Shown here: positions 7,376 to 16,947 of the stretch, one piece after another | Layout of the letters: each line of letters starts with the position of its first letter | Numbering within the stretch: position 1 is the first letter of the stretch | DNA from: Escherichia phage SUT_E520 | Length of the DNA: 64,000 nt | Sequence record: OQ990040 | Strand: one strand, 5' to 3' | Program-made: the position numbers and the translations under genes | The notes under the pieces: generated by a model | Seen by the model: only the letters and a program-made list of their open reading frames with translations | Database searches by the model: none | What the model was told of the DNA's origin: nothing

Positions 7376-8077
7376 TCAAATTTTCATTTTTTCGATCATA
7401 GCTGCAACACAATAGCTTTCAACTAAGGCATCAAATGCAGGATCATGCTTAACCGGATAGATCCCATAACGAATGGTGTCCATCTTCTCCATTTTAGCTT
7501 TTGCCCAGCTAATACCTTCAGCCTCTAGATCTTTGTAACTATAATCAGCTTGCATCCAGAGATTACGAAGAGATCGAACATTGCCCAAATTCCAGAATTT
7601 CCACGGAACTACCTCTTCATTGGTTCCAGCATGGAATGTGTTTGCAGAGTAGATAGTCATATCAAACTCTGGGCCATTACCATAATACAAAGCATTTTCG
7701 CCTAGAGCCAACTCCATAATATTTTGAGCCATAGAGAAGGCAGCATAGTTTGAGCCAAATTTATTAGTGCAATGATGTTTACCATTTTGGAAGGCAATCA
7801 GTTTTGGATTACGTTCCTTCATAGCTTCCATAATGTGAATAGCAGACGGGCTATTTTTAGCTTGATCCATCCAGAATGCTAGAGTAGATGCTGTAACTTT
7901 AGCACCAGAATTAAGCTGATCTTGTACATCCAAAGTAACAAATACTAGATCAGGGTCTTTATCAATTCCATGCATAGCCACAAAAGCGAAAGAAGGCATT
8001 GCGATATGAGTAGTACCACAATCTCCTGGAGTTCCCAGAGATTCAATATCTAGCATACCAAATGGTTTTACTTTCAT
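7376..8077 (-). CDS. putative 3'-5' exonuclease (T4 DexA-like, DEDD fold)
   Basis: N-terminal MLDIESLGT resembles the DexA D-x-E motif (DFETMG); FWMDQAKNSPSA parallels the DexA WWKNQSPEA region. Confidence 0.45.
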   Translation of the reverse strand: MKVKPFGMLDIESLGTPGDCGTTHIAMPSFAFVAMHGIDKDPDLVFVTLDVQDQLNSGAKVTASTLAFWMDQAKNSPSAIHIMEAMKERNPKLIAFQNGKHHCTNKFGSNYAAFSMAQNIMELALGENALYYGNGPEFDMTIYSANTFHAGTNEEVVPWKFWNLGNVRSLRNLWMQADYSYKDLEAEGISWAKAKMEKMDTIRYGIYPVKHDPAFDALVESYCVAAMIEKMKI

Positions 8078-8105
8078 AAGTTATCCTTTATTGTGTAGAA
8101 AACTA

Positions 8106-8342
8106 TTAAAGAGCTGTCTCTTTAATAGACTCCCACTTCTTGGGGTCTTTAAAACCAGGGAGCATATCCTCACTGACATCCCAGTTCTCTTCCATAGAGA
8201 AGTCGGGCCATTCATCCCAACTACCTTCCAACTCTTCATAACAGGTATCCATTACCTCATGACTAGAAAGTCGTGTATAATCCCTAGCTGACTTATGGGT
8301 GGTAGCACGGTTAAAATCATTCTTTGCCACAAAATTACGCAT
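8106..8342 (-). CDS. hypothetical small acidic Trp-rich protein
   Basis: 78-aa ORF; C-terminal half is Asp/Glu/Trp-rich (EELEGSWDEWPDFSMEENWDVSEDM). Confidence 0.5.
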   Translation of the reverse strand: MRNFVAKNDFNRATTHKSARDYTRLSSHEVMDTCYEELEGSWDEWPDFSMEENWDVSEDMLPGFKDPKKWESIKETAL

Positions 8343-8357
8343 AGTTTCTCCAAATAA

Positions 8358-8380
8358 GAGGGGCTTTCGCCCCCTGATTT
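8358..8380. terminator. GC hairpin, intergenic terminator or attenuator
   Basis: GGGGC-TTTC-GCCCC hairpin flanked by A/T runs on both strands. Confidence 0.45.
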
Positions 8381-8383
8381 AAA

Positions 8384-8599
8384 TCACTTGCCCAGCAGTT
8401 TAAGGATATTTTCCATAATAGTTTGGGCAGATTTTTCACTCTTGTTGGTTTCAGCCAACTTTAAAGCGAGTTCTTCCTGCTGTTTCTGAATATCAGCTGC
8501 GATTTTTTGATCAGCCTCAATACGAGCTTGAAGCTCATCAGTGATAGTGGTAAAGGAAGCAACGATTTCAGTAACAGAACGTGGTTTCTTAGAGAACAT
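8384..8599 (-). CDS. hypothetical small helical protein
   Basis: 71-aa ORF behind RBS AAGGATATTTTTT. Confidence 0.5.
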   Translation of the reverse strand: MFSKKPRSVTEIVASFTTITDELQARIEADQKIAADIQKQQEELALKLAETNKSEKSAQTIMENILKLLGK

Positions 8600-8663
8600 A
8601 AAAAATATCCTTGATTAGTTAGAGAATTAGTGGATTGTAGGGGCTTCTGCCCCTATTTATCTA

Positions 8664-9179
8664 TTACTTCGCTTTACGCTTGCGAGCTGGTTTAGCAGAT
8701 TTACGAGCAGAATCACCAGTGAACTTAATGCCTACACCGTAACACAGAGCGCGAACATTATCTTTACTATACTCTACGCCAAAGATATTTGGCTTAACAG
8801 AACCAAACTGTCCACGAGTATCGCGCAATACATCTGCTGTTGGTTTACGCTTCTGGTTAACTGCCTTCTCGTAGTCTTTCATAGACATACCATTACGAGA
8901 GAACAATTCAGCCCCAGCGTTGAAACTCAAAGATACTGGGACAGATTTGTGGCCGTAATTTTCTACATACATAACCATTTTGTAGGATTTACGGGTGGCA
9001 TTTTTAGCTTTAGGCTTCTTACGAATCGGAGCCGGATTATTCAATGCTTGCGCAGCCTGAGCATCGGTAGGATGCTTACGCAGGTGACGTTCCAGACGAG
9101 CTTTGCGATTAGCCTCGGTCTGCGGGAAAGTTTTAACTGCCGGGGCTGCTTGAGTTTTTGCGTTTTTCTGCTTAGCCAT
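8664..9179 (-). CDS. hypothetical basic protein
   Basis: 171-aa Lys/Arg-rich ORF behind RBS AAAGGAAAACAAATA, first gene after the 9218..9246 promoter. Confidence 0.6.
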   Translation of the reverse strand: MAKQKNAKTQAAPAVKTFPQTEANRKARLERHLRKHPTDAQAAQALNNPAPIRKKPKAKNATRKSYKMVMYVENYGHKSVPVSLSFNAGAELFSRNGMSMKDYEKAVNQKRKPTADVLRDTRGQFGSVKPNIFGVEYSKDNVRALCYGVGIKFTGDSARKSAKPARKRKAK

Positions 9180-9217
9180 TATTTGTTTTCCTTTTTGTTT
9201 ATCAATTTATGAAGTAT

Positions 9218-9246
9218 ATTATACGAGAATTTGAAGCGTTTAGCAA
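9218..9246 (-). promoter_or_regulatory. sigma70-type early promoter (TTGCTA-17-TATAAT)
   Basis: Minus-strand hexamers at 17-nt spacing. Confidence 0.65.
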
Positions 9247-9254
9247 ATGAATTT

Positions 9255-9704
9255 TTAATTTATTAACTGTAAGCTTCTTTTAATTTCAGACCTTACTTGC
9301 ATCAAAAGGACTCCTAAAGTATTATCCCCGATGCCTCGGCAAACACCCCAATATGTATCTCCCCAGGTATTTCCTTCGATCAAAGTTGCATTTTCTGTTG
9401 CTAACAGTTTATCTCTTAAATCAGGAATTGCAAACTTTAATCGTAAAAGCTCTAGCATTACATCATCTTTTACTTTATCCCAGTCAGAGCGTAGGGTTAA
9501 TTTACGTCCTCTACGTTTAGCAACTCCTGCATTTAGGGAGCGGAGTACATGAGCTACATCATCTTTTTGGTCGGATTTCATAGCCTGAAAAGCATGTTCT
9601 ACAGTATCAGCATGCCATATCTCATTTAGATATTCGAAAGTAATTGGTGATAAATAAAAGTTAGATAAGAAACTATAAGTACCTTTAAATTCAGTAATCT
9701 TCAT
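9255..9704 (-). CDS. NADAR (YbiA-like) domain protein, candidate N-glycosidase / ADP-ribosyl hydrolase
   Basis: FLSNF, W...EHAFQA, LIEGNTWGDTYWG, GDNTLGVLLMQVR match the YbiA/NADAR pattern. Confidence 0.75.
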   Translation of the reverse strand: MKITEFKGTYSFLSNFYLSPITFEYLNEIWHADTVEHAFQAMKSDQKDDVAHVLRSLNAGVAKRRGRKLTLRSDWDKVKDDVMLELLRLKFAIPDLRDKLLATENATLIEGNTWGDTYWGVCRGIGDNTLGVLLMQVRSEIKRSLQLIN

Positions 9705-9985
9705 TTTTTACGCCCCGCATCTTTAGCCTCCTCGGCTGTATAGATATACTGATAAGCCCCTTTGGAGTAGGCTGGAGCAGTACACATTTTCTTACGCTCA
9801 ATCTCTTCTTGAGCTTTTCTTTCGCGTTCCGCTAATTCTTCGTCCAAATAAACTAAACGTTGTTCTGGAGGAGGTGGAAGACGTGTTTCTGGCTCGCCAA
9901 TATTAGCCTTTCTTATTTGACGAGGTGATTGTGCACGTTTTCTCAATGGTTTAAATCCTAATGAATTTGAGTTATAGATCCGCAT
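9701..9985 (-). CDS. hypothetical protein
   Basis: 94-aa ORF behind RBS GAGGAGGG; overlaps the NADAR start by 4 nt. Confidence 0.55.
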   Translation of the reverse strand: MRIYNSNSLGFKPLRKRAQSPRQIRKANIGEPETRLPPPPEQRLVYLDEELAERERKAQEEIERKKMCTAPAYSKGAYQYIYTAEEAKDAGRKK

Positions 9986-10012
9986 AAAGCCCTCCTCACT
10001 TTCAATACGAAT

Positions 10013-10041
10013 ATTATACTAAATTATAGGGCTTTAAGCAA
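10013..10041 (-). promoter_or_regulatory. sigma70-type early promoter (TTGCTT-17-TATAAT)
   Basis: Minus-strand hexamers at 17-nt spacing. Confidence 0.6.
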
Positions 10042-10062
10042 GAGAATTTTTTAATTTATTTA

Positions 10063-10539
10063 TCACATCTCAGCCATTTCAGCTTCAGTAATAACTGTAT
10101 TACATAAGGCGTCTACAGCCTCATTACCACTAATACCAGAATGTCCTTTAACCTTAATAAAGGTAGGGTTAGTATTATGAAAGTTGATATACTGCTGTGT
10201 TAATTTAAATGCTTCCTGCCAAAGTTCTAGATTAAGAGGAACTTCACCATCTGCTTTCTTCCAGCCTTTCCTTTGCCAAGAAAACATCCAACTTTCCATG
10301 CCATTTTTGCAATAAGCAGAGTCAGTATAGATAGCAATTGGTCTATTATCTTTTTTAACAGACCAACGTAGGGCTTCTACGATAGCTGTGAGTTCCATCT
10401 CATTATTTGTAGTTTTAGGATTATAACCAGATTTAGAACCTAAACGATCGTCGTTATCATCATAGACAATAAAACCCCAAGCACCTGGACCTGGATTAGA
10501 CTTACAAGCACCATCTGTGTAAATGTGGAAAACCGACAT
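10063..10539 (-). CDS. rnhA: ribonuclease HI
   Basis: IYTDGAC, ELTA, IYTDS, VKGHSGISGNEAVD motifs; start set at MSVFHIYTDG, giving ATGA overlap with the upstream gene. Confidence 0.8.
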   Translation of the reverse strand: MSVFHIYTDGACKSNPGPGAWGFIVYDDNDDRLGSKSGYNPKTTNNEMELTAIVEALRWSVKKDNRPIAIYTDSAYCKNGMESWMFSWQRKGWKKADGEVPLNLELWQEAFKLTQQYINFHNTNPTFIKVKGHSGISGNEAVDALCNTVITEAEMAEM

Positions 10540-10820
10540 TATACCTCCCAACTAATTTTAAGACCCATGTCTACAAAGGCGGCTTCTCGGTAGTATTGAG
10601 AGAGATGATACCCCTTATCCGATAAGGTTTTTAGTACCGATTTAGCGGCTCCTGGCATTTCTCTAGGATTATATAGCCACCTAGCGTAAGGATTATCTCG
10701 AATAATTACTTCTGTATTTCCAGACTTAGCAGCTTCTACAATCTTTTCTTCTATAAACTTTAGAAAAGCGGGTACTTCTGTTAATCCTGCAAGTTCTTGG
10801 GCTTCTTTGGCTGAAATCAT
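10539..10820 (-). CDS. hypothetical protein
   Basis: 93-aa ORF translationally coupled to its neighbours. Confidence 0.55.
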   Translation of the reverse strand: MISAKEAQELAGLTEVPAFLKFIEEKIVEAAKSGNTEVIIRDNPYARWLYNPREMPGAAKSVLKTLSDKGYHLSQYYREAAFVDMGLKISWEV

Positions 10821-11020
10821 GGCTTTTCACCTTCTGCTACACTTCTGGTTTTTGGTGGGATGGGAGGGTTAGGTTTTATAGCCGCTAATTCCCTATCTAA
10901 GAATTCCTCTATTGCTCTATCTACAAAGTAGTCATAGGGTAAATGATAATGTTCTGATAGAGTAAGAAGTTTGTGCTCTTGGCTTTCTGTTAAATAAACT
11001 TTCTTTCTAAAGAGTCCCAT
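10817..11020 (-). CDS. ribbon-helix-helix (CopG/Arc-like) DNA-binding protein
   Basis: 67 aa; KKVYLTESQEHKLLTLSEHYHLPYDYFVDRAIEEFLDRE fits a beta-strand plus two helices RHH layout. Confidence 0.5.
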   Translation of the reverse strand: MGLFRKKVYLTESQEHKLLTLSEHYHLPYDYFVDRAIEEFLDRELAAIKPNPPIPPKTRSVAEGEKP

Positions 11021-11046
11021 ATGTGTATCTCCAATCTATAAAATAT

Positions 11047-11075
11047 ATTATATTTAAATTTCACTAAATAAGCAA
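11047..11075 (-). promoter_or_regulatory. sigma70-type early promoter (TTGCTT-17-TATAAT)
   Basis: Minus-strand hexamers at 17-nt spacing. Confidence 0.6.
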
Positions 11076-11093
11076 ATGAAATTTAAATATAAT

Positions 11094-11113
11094 AGCCCCG
11101 AAGGGCTATTTAA
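11094..11113. terminator. GC hairpin terminator (AGCCC-CGAA-GGGCT)
   Basis: Short hairpin flanked by AT-rich runs between the RHH unit and thyA. Confidence 0.45.
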
Positions 11114-11114
11114 A

Positions 11115-11969
11115 TTACACAGTGAATGGATATGCAATAGCAGGATGGTGTTCGTAACCACGAACAGTAAAATCATCCTTATTTACCCAGGTCAATACAT
11201 CCTCCAGAGTTCGGATATTTGGATTGATTTCTAGAGTAGGAGGTGCAAAGGGTTCACGATCAAATTGCTTATGCTCCATCAAAACATTATACTGATCCTC
11301 ATAGATATGAAGATTGATAATCTTCTGGCGTGCAATCCCTGGTTTAAGGCCTGTAATCTGTGCCATTAATGCTAGAAGCGTATAGCACTGAACCATGTTA
11401 AATACTTGGCCTAACAGGAAGTCATTAGATCTCTGGAAAGAGTTCAGATATAATGTATCTCCCAAAATAGAGAACTGATGAGTATGCATACATGGACGTA
11501 AGCAACCCTTTGAGAACTCCCCCGGATTCCAGAAGGTTAGAATTTCCCCACGATCATCAATGCCCTTTTTCAGATTATGATAAATCTTGGCTAGTTGGTC
11601 AAACATAAGACCATCGGAATTAGTCCACTGACGTCCTTGAACACCATAGACTCGTCCCATATCATCCTCACCTTTACGGTATGGATTGTCTAGCCAAGCT
11701 AAGTTTTCATTTGCATTAGCATTCCATGTGTTAACACCAATAGCGCGGAATTGTGCTGCTGAATCATACCCACGTAGATACCCAATCATTTCCATTATTG
11801 CTTGTTTTGCAAACGCCTTACGAGTAGTAATAAGTGGGAATTCACCTGCACCTACGTTAAAAGTAAAATCTGCATCAATAATGGTGAGGCAACGAACCCC
11901 TGTTCTGGGATTCGTTACCCACTGACCTTCTGATAGAATACGTTTTCCAACTTCTATATACTGATCCAT
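11115..11969 (-). CDS. thyA: thymidylate synthase
   Basis: [10 protein letters not shown] active-site Cys motif and [13 protein letters not shown] motif; 284 aa. Confidence 0.9.
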   Translation of the reverse strand: MDQYIEVGKRILSEGQWVTNPRTGVRCLTIIDADFTFNVGAGEFPLITTRKAFAKQAIMEMIGYLRGYDSAAQFRAIGVNTWNANANENLAWLDNPYRKGEDDMGRVYGVQGRQWTNSDGLMFDQLAKIYHNLKKGIDDRGEILTFWNPGEFSKGCLRPCMHTHQFSILGDTLYLNSFQRSNDFLLGQVFNMVQCYTLLALMAQITGLKPGIARQKIINLHIYEDQYNVLMEHKQFDREPFAPPTLEINPNIRTLEDVLTWVNKDDFTVRGYEHHPAIAYPFTV

Positions 11970-12502
11970 TAATAAGTAACCAATTCCTGTACAAATCGCA
12001 GGCTGTTATCACTGTTTGCGCCAGTTGCGTAAACTAAACGAGTAGATTCATAGTTGTAATCTAGAATCGTATTATCCAGATATACATCTGCCTCTAGTTT
12101 TTGATTACTAAAGATTGTGGATACAAAAGCACTTTCAATATGACCATATTGATACATTTCTAGAAGAAGGTTAGCACCACCTAGAACTACTGTCTGCTGA
12201 TCTTTCAGAAATGTAGGTAAAGCATCCCCAATCTTAGAAATTGGGGTGTAAATATCATGTGTAATATCATCTGGCAGTGGACGATCAGCACGAATAAATA
12301 GGTCAGAAGCTCCAATCATACGTTCTCTAACGGCGTATGGAAGAGCTAAATAAGTACCCGCACCAATGATGATGTTATCTGGATTCAACACGTCCAGTTG
12401 AGAATAGAAAGCATCTAGTTCTTCTTTGAAGGAACCCCATGGAAGTTTACCGCGGAGGCCGAACTCCCCATTCGGCCCAACTGCATACATTGCTGTAATC
12501 AT
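11969..12502 (-). CDS. frd: dihydrofolate reductase
   Basis: [23 protein letters not shown]-terminal DHFR signature; adjacent to thyA. Confidence 0.8.
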   Translation of the reverse strand: MITAMYAVGPNGEFGLRGKLPWGSFKEELDAFYSQLDVLNPDNIIIGAGTYLALPYAVRERMIGASDLFIRADRPLPDDITHDIYTPISKIGDALPTFLKDQQTVVLGGANLLLEMYQYGHIESAFVSTIFSNQKLEADVYLDNTILDYNYESTRLVYATGANSDNSLRFVQELVTY

Positions 12503-13644
12503 AAGAAATCTCCAAATTCATTACCCAGATCTTTCAGAGTATCAGTAGAGGTCTCAGTTACCTGACCTACACGGTAGGCTGCACCAATCTGGATTTCTTG
12601 TGGAGCAGGCTGTAGAGAAGTAGTATCCAACCAGTTCATAATCCACGGAATAGGGTTTTTGGTGATTACTGGTAAATGACTAGGCCATTCTACACCGATG
12701 TGCATAAATGCATTACGTCCCACAAAATACAGATATTCTTCTAGAAGTTCTGCATTCAAGCCAATCAGACTACGACCTTTGAAAATGAAATGACCCCATT
12801 CAATTTCAGTTTTCAGAGTTTTCAGGAGCTGTGCTGGTGCTTTAGCCACTGCTTCATCTACCAGATCTTTGTCAAATTGCTGAAACATAATCTGGATGAT
12901 TGCTTTGGACATCTGAGTGTGCAGAGCTTCATCTTTAGCGATTAATTGCAGATTTTTAGCAATACCTTGCAGAATATCGTTCTCTGCTAATGCAAAGGTA
13001 CATGCAAAGGATGCGTAAAACTGCATTGCTTCCAGACCATAGATCGCAAAGTAAGCGTCTAATAGTTTAGCCTGAGTTTCACGTTTAACTTCAGGGAACT
13101 CAGTTTCTGGATATGTATTGTCGCCACGATGATCGCGTACTGCGATGAAATACTGACCTAACTGGTACAGTTCATCGAATAGTTCAACAGAATCAGCGAT
13201 GCGCGCGAATGCTTCTTGGTTTTTGGTTACAGAATCAATAAATTCTGCTGGATCAGTCAGCACATTACGAATAATATTGCTATAAGCACGACTATGCAGG
13301 TCTTCAAAATAGCTCCACTGTTTGAGCATACCTTCCAATTCTGGACGACTTACAAGCGGCATAATAGCTGCTTCAGGGGCACGACTAATAAAGGAATCAG
13401 TTTGAGTTTGCCATGCTAAGTTCAGGAGTGTAATTTCCTGAATTTCTCGTGGGAGATTAGGCCATTGTTTCTTATCTGCTTCCAGACTGATTTCAGTTTC
13501 AGTCCAAAATTGAGAGCGCTGCAGAAGTGCCAGACGTTCTAGTTCTGGATGTGCTACACGTACATAATCTGCGATACCGAGAGAATCTCCCAGGAAAAGG
13601 TCGGCGTTAGTATGATCCCAATTCAGGTTTAGTAAAGTAGTCAT
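12499..13644 (-). CDS. nrdB: ribonucleotide reductase class Ia small subunit
   Basis: Di-iron ligand motifs including KDEALHTQ; 381 aa; upstream of nrdA. Confidence 0.85.
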   Translation of the reverse strand: MTTLLNLNWDHTNADLFLGDSLGIADYVRVAHPELERLALLQRSQFWTETEISLEADKKQWPNLPREIQEITLLNLAWQTQTDSFISRAPEAAIMPLVSRPELEGMLKQWSYFEDLHSRAYSNIIRNVLTDPAEFIDSVTKNQEAFARIADSVELFDELYQLGQYFIAVRDHRGDNTYPETEFPEVKRETQAKLLDAYFAIYGLEAMQFYASFACTFALAENDILQGIAKNLQLIAKDEALHTQMSKAIIQIMFQQFDKDLVDEAVAKAPAQLLKTLKTEIEWGHFIFKGRSLIGLNAELLEEYLYFVGRNAFMHIGVEWPSHLPVITKNPIPWIMNWLDTTSLQPAPQEIQIGAAYRVGQVTETSTDTLKDLGNEFGDFL

Positions 13645-13675
13645 TGATTTTCCTCTTTCTCACTATTTCAGGAAT

Positions 13676-13704
13676 ATTATAGCAAATCTGGTAGCGATTA
13701 GCAA
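13676..13704 (-). promoter_or_regulatory. sigma70-type early promoter (TTGCTA-17-TATAAT) upstream of nrdB
   Basis: Minus-strand hexamers at 17-nt spacing. Confidence 0.6.
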
Positions 13705-13710
13705 GTAAAA

Positions 13711-14193
13711 TTATAAACTATCAAGCTCCAATAGTTTAGCATCGCGCCATTCTATAGCATCCTCTAATTCTTTGAATGTTTTAGTATGTTTTACACCTTT
13801 TCTAGCAATCTGGACTTGGTAAGATCCGCTTGCTTTTTGGTGTATATTCTTAATACCTAACTTATTGTCTTTGTGCGCTCCGACATTCTTTCCATTGTTA
13901 AATCTATCAGATGCTAATAAATTAATTGCTCTATTATCATGACGTATTCTGTTGTCATGGTCTACTTCTTTTGGAATGTATCCATGAGTGATATAGAATG
14001 CTAGGATATGTGCATAGTATTTTTTACCCCTTACTTGCATTACTATATACCCTGAGCATTTTTCTAGAGAACCTGCTTCTTTGCCAGCAAACTTAGTATT
14101 AAAGGATTTATCTTCTCTAGGTTTGTGGGTAAAGATTCCAGTTTCTGGATTATAGTCAAATAACCCAGCTATTTCTTTATATTTTTCTTCCAT
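13711..14193 (-). mobile_element. HNH homing endonuclease gene inserted between nrdA and nrdB
   Basis: 160-aa ORF with YYAHILAFYITHGYIPKEVDHDNRIRHDNRAINL HNH motif; weak RBS; free-standing between the RNR subunits. Confidence 0.7.
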
Positions 14194-14223
14194 AATCTAA
14201 AATTACAGCTATGATAGGCCTAA

Positions 14224-14247
14224 TAAAGGGGCTTTCGCCCCTTATTT
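14224..14247. terminator. GC hairpin terminator (AAGGGGC-TTTC-GCCCCTT)
   Basis: 7-bp stem flanked by T-runs on both strands. Confidence 0.55.
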
Positions 14248-14248
14248 A

Positions 14249-16582
14249 TTATAATTGACAACCACCGGATGCACATCCAGCAGCAGCTTCTTCACCTGCA
14301 CCTCCACCATTTGCAGTATTGAAGTTTGCATAGTAGAAAGTTTTCCACCCATACTTAACAGCAGTCATGAAATCACGAACTACTACTGGGCCAGGAATGA
14401 TTTCATTCTCAAACTTGGTGTAGTCATAGTACATATTCGTACTGATAGACTGACTGAAGAATTTCTGCATAGTTGCTACCCACTTGATCCACTCGATACG
14501 ATCTACATCATAAGCCAGTTTATAGCTCATTAACGTTTCCCAATCGGTTGCACCTGGAGCAATTGCAATTACTTTATTTACTGCACTACCCTTGATAGAT
14601 ACAATCTTACGAGGTGGTTCGATAGAGTTAGTAACACCTAACAGAACAGAAGAACTTTCTCCCGGCATCTGAGCAGTCAGAACAGAGTTACGCATACCAT
14701 ATTTCAGAATATCTGCACGCAGAGACTCCCAATCCATTTCTAGACCTACGGATACCAGTTCATCAACAGTTTTCTTGTACGTGTCGATTACCAGAATTCC
14801 TTTAGATGGTTTAGTACGATCAAACCACTCACATGCACCCTGTTCTTTAGCTAGGCGTACAGAGGCTTTATGCAGGAAGTAAGACAGTTTTTCAGCCTCA
14901 CGGTGAATCCAGTTACGAGCTTCAATACCTTCATAAGCCAGACCTTCTGCTGCCATTGCACCTGCTGCGTTCATCAGGCCAATACCAACATTACGACGTT
15001 TCTTAGCCGTATATTCCATAGTTGGGAACGGATAATCCTGAATTTCAATAATTGTATCAACGAATTTCAGAAGGATGTAGCAAGTTTTTTCCCACTCAGC
15101 CAGAGATTCCATGCGTCCAAGTACAACACCGCCTAAGTTACACAGAGATACTTCACCAATATCCTCCGGCTTCATTTGATCAAGTTGTTCTTTTGTTTTA
15201 TACAGTTCCGTGATATGATGGAACGGGCGTGTAGGCTGAGTAATTTCAACACAAAGGTTTGTCATACGGATCGGATCAAGGAAGTTACCGTGACGATTAG
15301 ATTCCCCGATGTGATGAGCATACATACGTCCTGTTTCCATTCGGATACGTAGCCAAGTATCTAGGATTTCTTTTGCAGAGACTTTAGGAGCTGCTGGAAC
15401 TGTTTTTCCTTCGTGGTCGATCTTTGTAAGAGATGCCACACGTTTCTCCGCTGCCACGTAGATTTCTTCAAATTTAGCCTCGTCATCACTATAAAACGCT
15501 TCATGAACTTCTGGAGCATAGAAGTATGACATTAGCGTAATATCTTCGTTTTTAAGATAACGTTTTAACAAAAGATTGTTAAAGCTCAGAGAATAGTCCA
15601 TCTTATCGATTTTATTCTCATCTGTAGCACGTTGTTGCTTAACCTGCATCAATTGAATGATTTCAGGGTCGAAGTACGTATAAGACACTGTGGCAGAACC
15701 ACCACGAGTTTGCTGAGTATTGGCCTTTACTGAGCGGTCAATGTGTCGATAATATGGCAGTTTTCCGGAATGCGGGAATGCCCCATTTCGCACCGGATCA
15801 GCAATTGATCGGCTTTCAAGATGATACCCGATTCCCGCTCTGGCTGCGACCATTTTGAAGACGATGTGCTCGGCGGTGTCGATTGAATCCAACGTGTCAG
15901 TGGAATCCACGAGGCAGCAACTAGCAAATCCACGGTCACTAGAGCGCAGACCAACCAGTGGCGGCGTAGGAATGTTGATTTTGTGGAGTGACATTGCGTT
16001 GTAGAGGTCGATTGCATCTAGAATTGTCCAGTTAGGTTGAGATAACATCGCCATTGCCATACCCATGTAGGCAAACTGCGGAGTTTCATAGATTTCACCA
16101 GTGGCTATGTTACGACGGGAATACTTATCAAAGAACTGTTTCAGCCCACCACTAGTAAAAAGACGGTCACGATCATGGTCGATAACCTGATTCAGAGCTT
16201 CAAATTGCTCATCGGTAATCCATGCACTCATGTCTTCCCATGCACCTACGCTAACCATATGGTCATGGAAGAAGCGCAGAGAAGGTGGTTCGAAGGAATC
16301 ATAGAGGCGTTTACGCATTTGCGCAAGACGTAATTCCTTTGCTGGCACATCATATGCTGGATTATCTTTGATAAGACTTTCAGCAGCTTTAATTAATGCA
16401 TCCATCAGAGTGTCGGAATCTACAACCCCTTTAGGCAGAGTTTTTTGAGCAGCCATAGTAATGGCTGACCAACTTACATCAACTGTTTTGCAACCATACT
16501 CCGCCCAACCATTGAGTTTTTCAGGAGCAAAGTCTTCTACAGTACCGTCACGTTTAATTACTTTTTCAATGCGATGGCTCAT
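14249..16582 (-). CDS. nrdA: ribonucleotide reductase class Ia large subunit
   Basis: ORF track 14249..16687; start moved to MSHRIEKVIKRDGTVEDF (ATP-cone) behind RBS AAAAGGAAAG, downstream of the terminator. Confidence 0.9.
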   Translation of the reverse strand: MSHRIEKVIKRDGTVEDFAPEKLNGWAEYGCKTVDVSWSAITMAAQKTLPKGVVDSDTLMDALIKAAESLIKDNPAYDVPAKELRLAQMRKRLYDSFEPPSLRFFHDHMVSVGAWEDMSAWITDEQFEALNQVIDHDRDRLFTSGGLKQFFDKYSRRNIATGEIYETPQFAYMGMAMAMLSQPNWTILDAIDLYNAMSLHKINIPTPPLVGLRSSDRGFASCCLVDSTDTLDSIDTAEHIVFKMVAARAGIGYHLESRSIADPVRNGAFPHSGKLPYYRHIDRSVKANTQQTRGGSATVSYTYFDPEIIQLMQVKQQRATDENKIDKMDYSLSFNNLLLKRYLKNEDITLMSYFYAPEVHEAFYSDDEAKFEEIYVAAEKRVASLTKIDHEGKTVPAAPKVSAKEILDTWLRIRMETGRMYAHHIGESNRHGNFLDPIRMTNLCVEITQPTRPFHHITELYKTKEQLDQMKPEDIGEVSLCNLGGVVLGRMESLAEWEKTCYILLKFVDTIIEIQDYPFPTMEYTAKKRRNVGIGLMNAAGAMAAEGLAYEGIEARNWIHREAEKLSYFLHKASVRLAKEQGACEWFDRTKPSKGILVIDTYKKTVDELVSVGLEMDWESLRADILKYGMRNSVLTAQMPGESSSVLLGVTNSIEPPRKIVSIKGSAVNKVIAIAPGATDWETLMSYKLAYDVDRIEWIKWVATMQKFFSQSISTNMYYDYTKFENEIIPGPVVVRDFMTAVKYGWKTFYYANFNTANGGGAGEEAAAGCASGGCQL

Positions 16583-16661
16583 TTGGCTTTCCTTTTTATA
16601 GTTATCAGGATTTAAGGAATATTCTACTTTATTATCGGTCATTAGGCAAATAAAATTTTCT

Positions 16662-16697
16662 GATAGAAAAGGCCCGAGTATTTTCATACCCAGGCCC
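16662..16697 (-). terminator. intrinsic terminator between phoH unit and nrdA
   Basis: Minus-strand hairpin GGCCUGGG...CUCGGGCC with wobbles, followed by UUUUCUAUC. Confidence 0.55.
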
Positions 16698-16724
16698 TGT
16701 ATATTACCAGTCTAGCTTTTTAGC

Positions 16725-16946
16725 TTATTCAATTACTTTAGCTCTAGCTACTTCTTTTAATAGAATATCTATGGAGGTGCTCAGCTCGTTATAATTGAAT
16801 GGTTTATTTGGATTTGAGGTTACAATTTTCCACGCTAGGGTTGTCTTAGGACTTTCTTCCCCTTCCTTACGTGTAATCATATTAGCAGCACTCAGTGAAG
16901 TACGATGTATTTTAGTTTTACGGCTCAGATGAACGACGTTTCCCAT
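16725..16946 (-). CDS. hypothetical protein
   Basis: ORF track 16725..17015; start trimmed to MGNVVHLS directly after the phoH stop. Confidence 0.4.
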   Translation of the reverse strand: MGNVVHLSRKTKIHRTSLSAANMITRKEGEESPKTTLAWKIVTSNPNKPFNYNELSTSIDILLKEVARAKVIE

Positions 16947-16947
16947 A

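Noticed and set aside
14249-16687. Long N-terminal extensions in the ORF track (nrdA from 16687, phoH from 17709, helicase from 31875, large protein from 23472)
   Set aside because: The extensions run through terminator hairpins or lack an RBS; downstream starts with an RBS and conserved N-terminal motifs were preferred.
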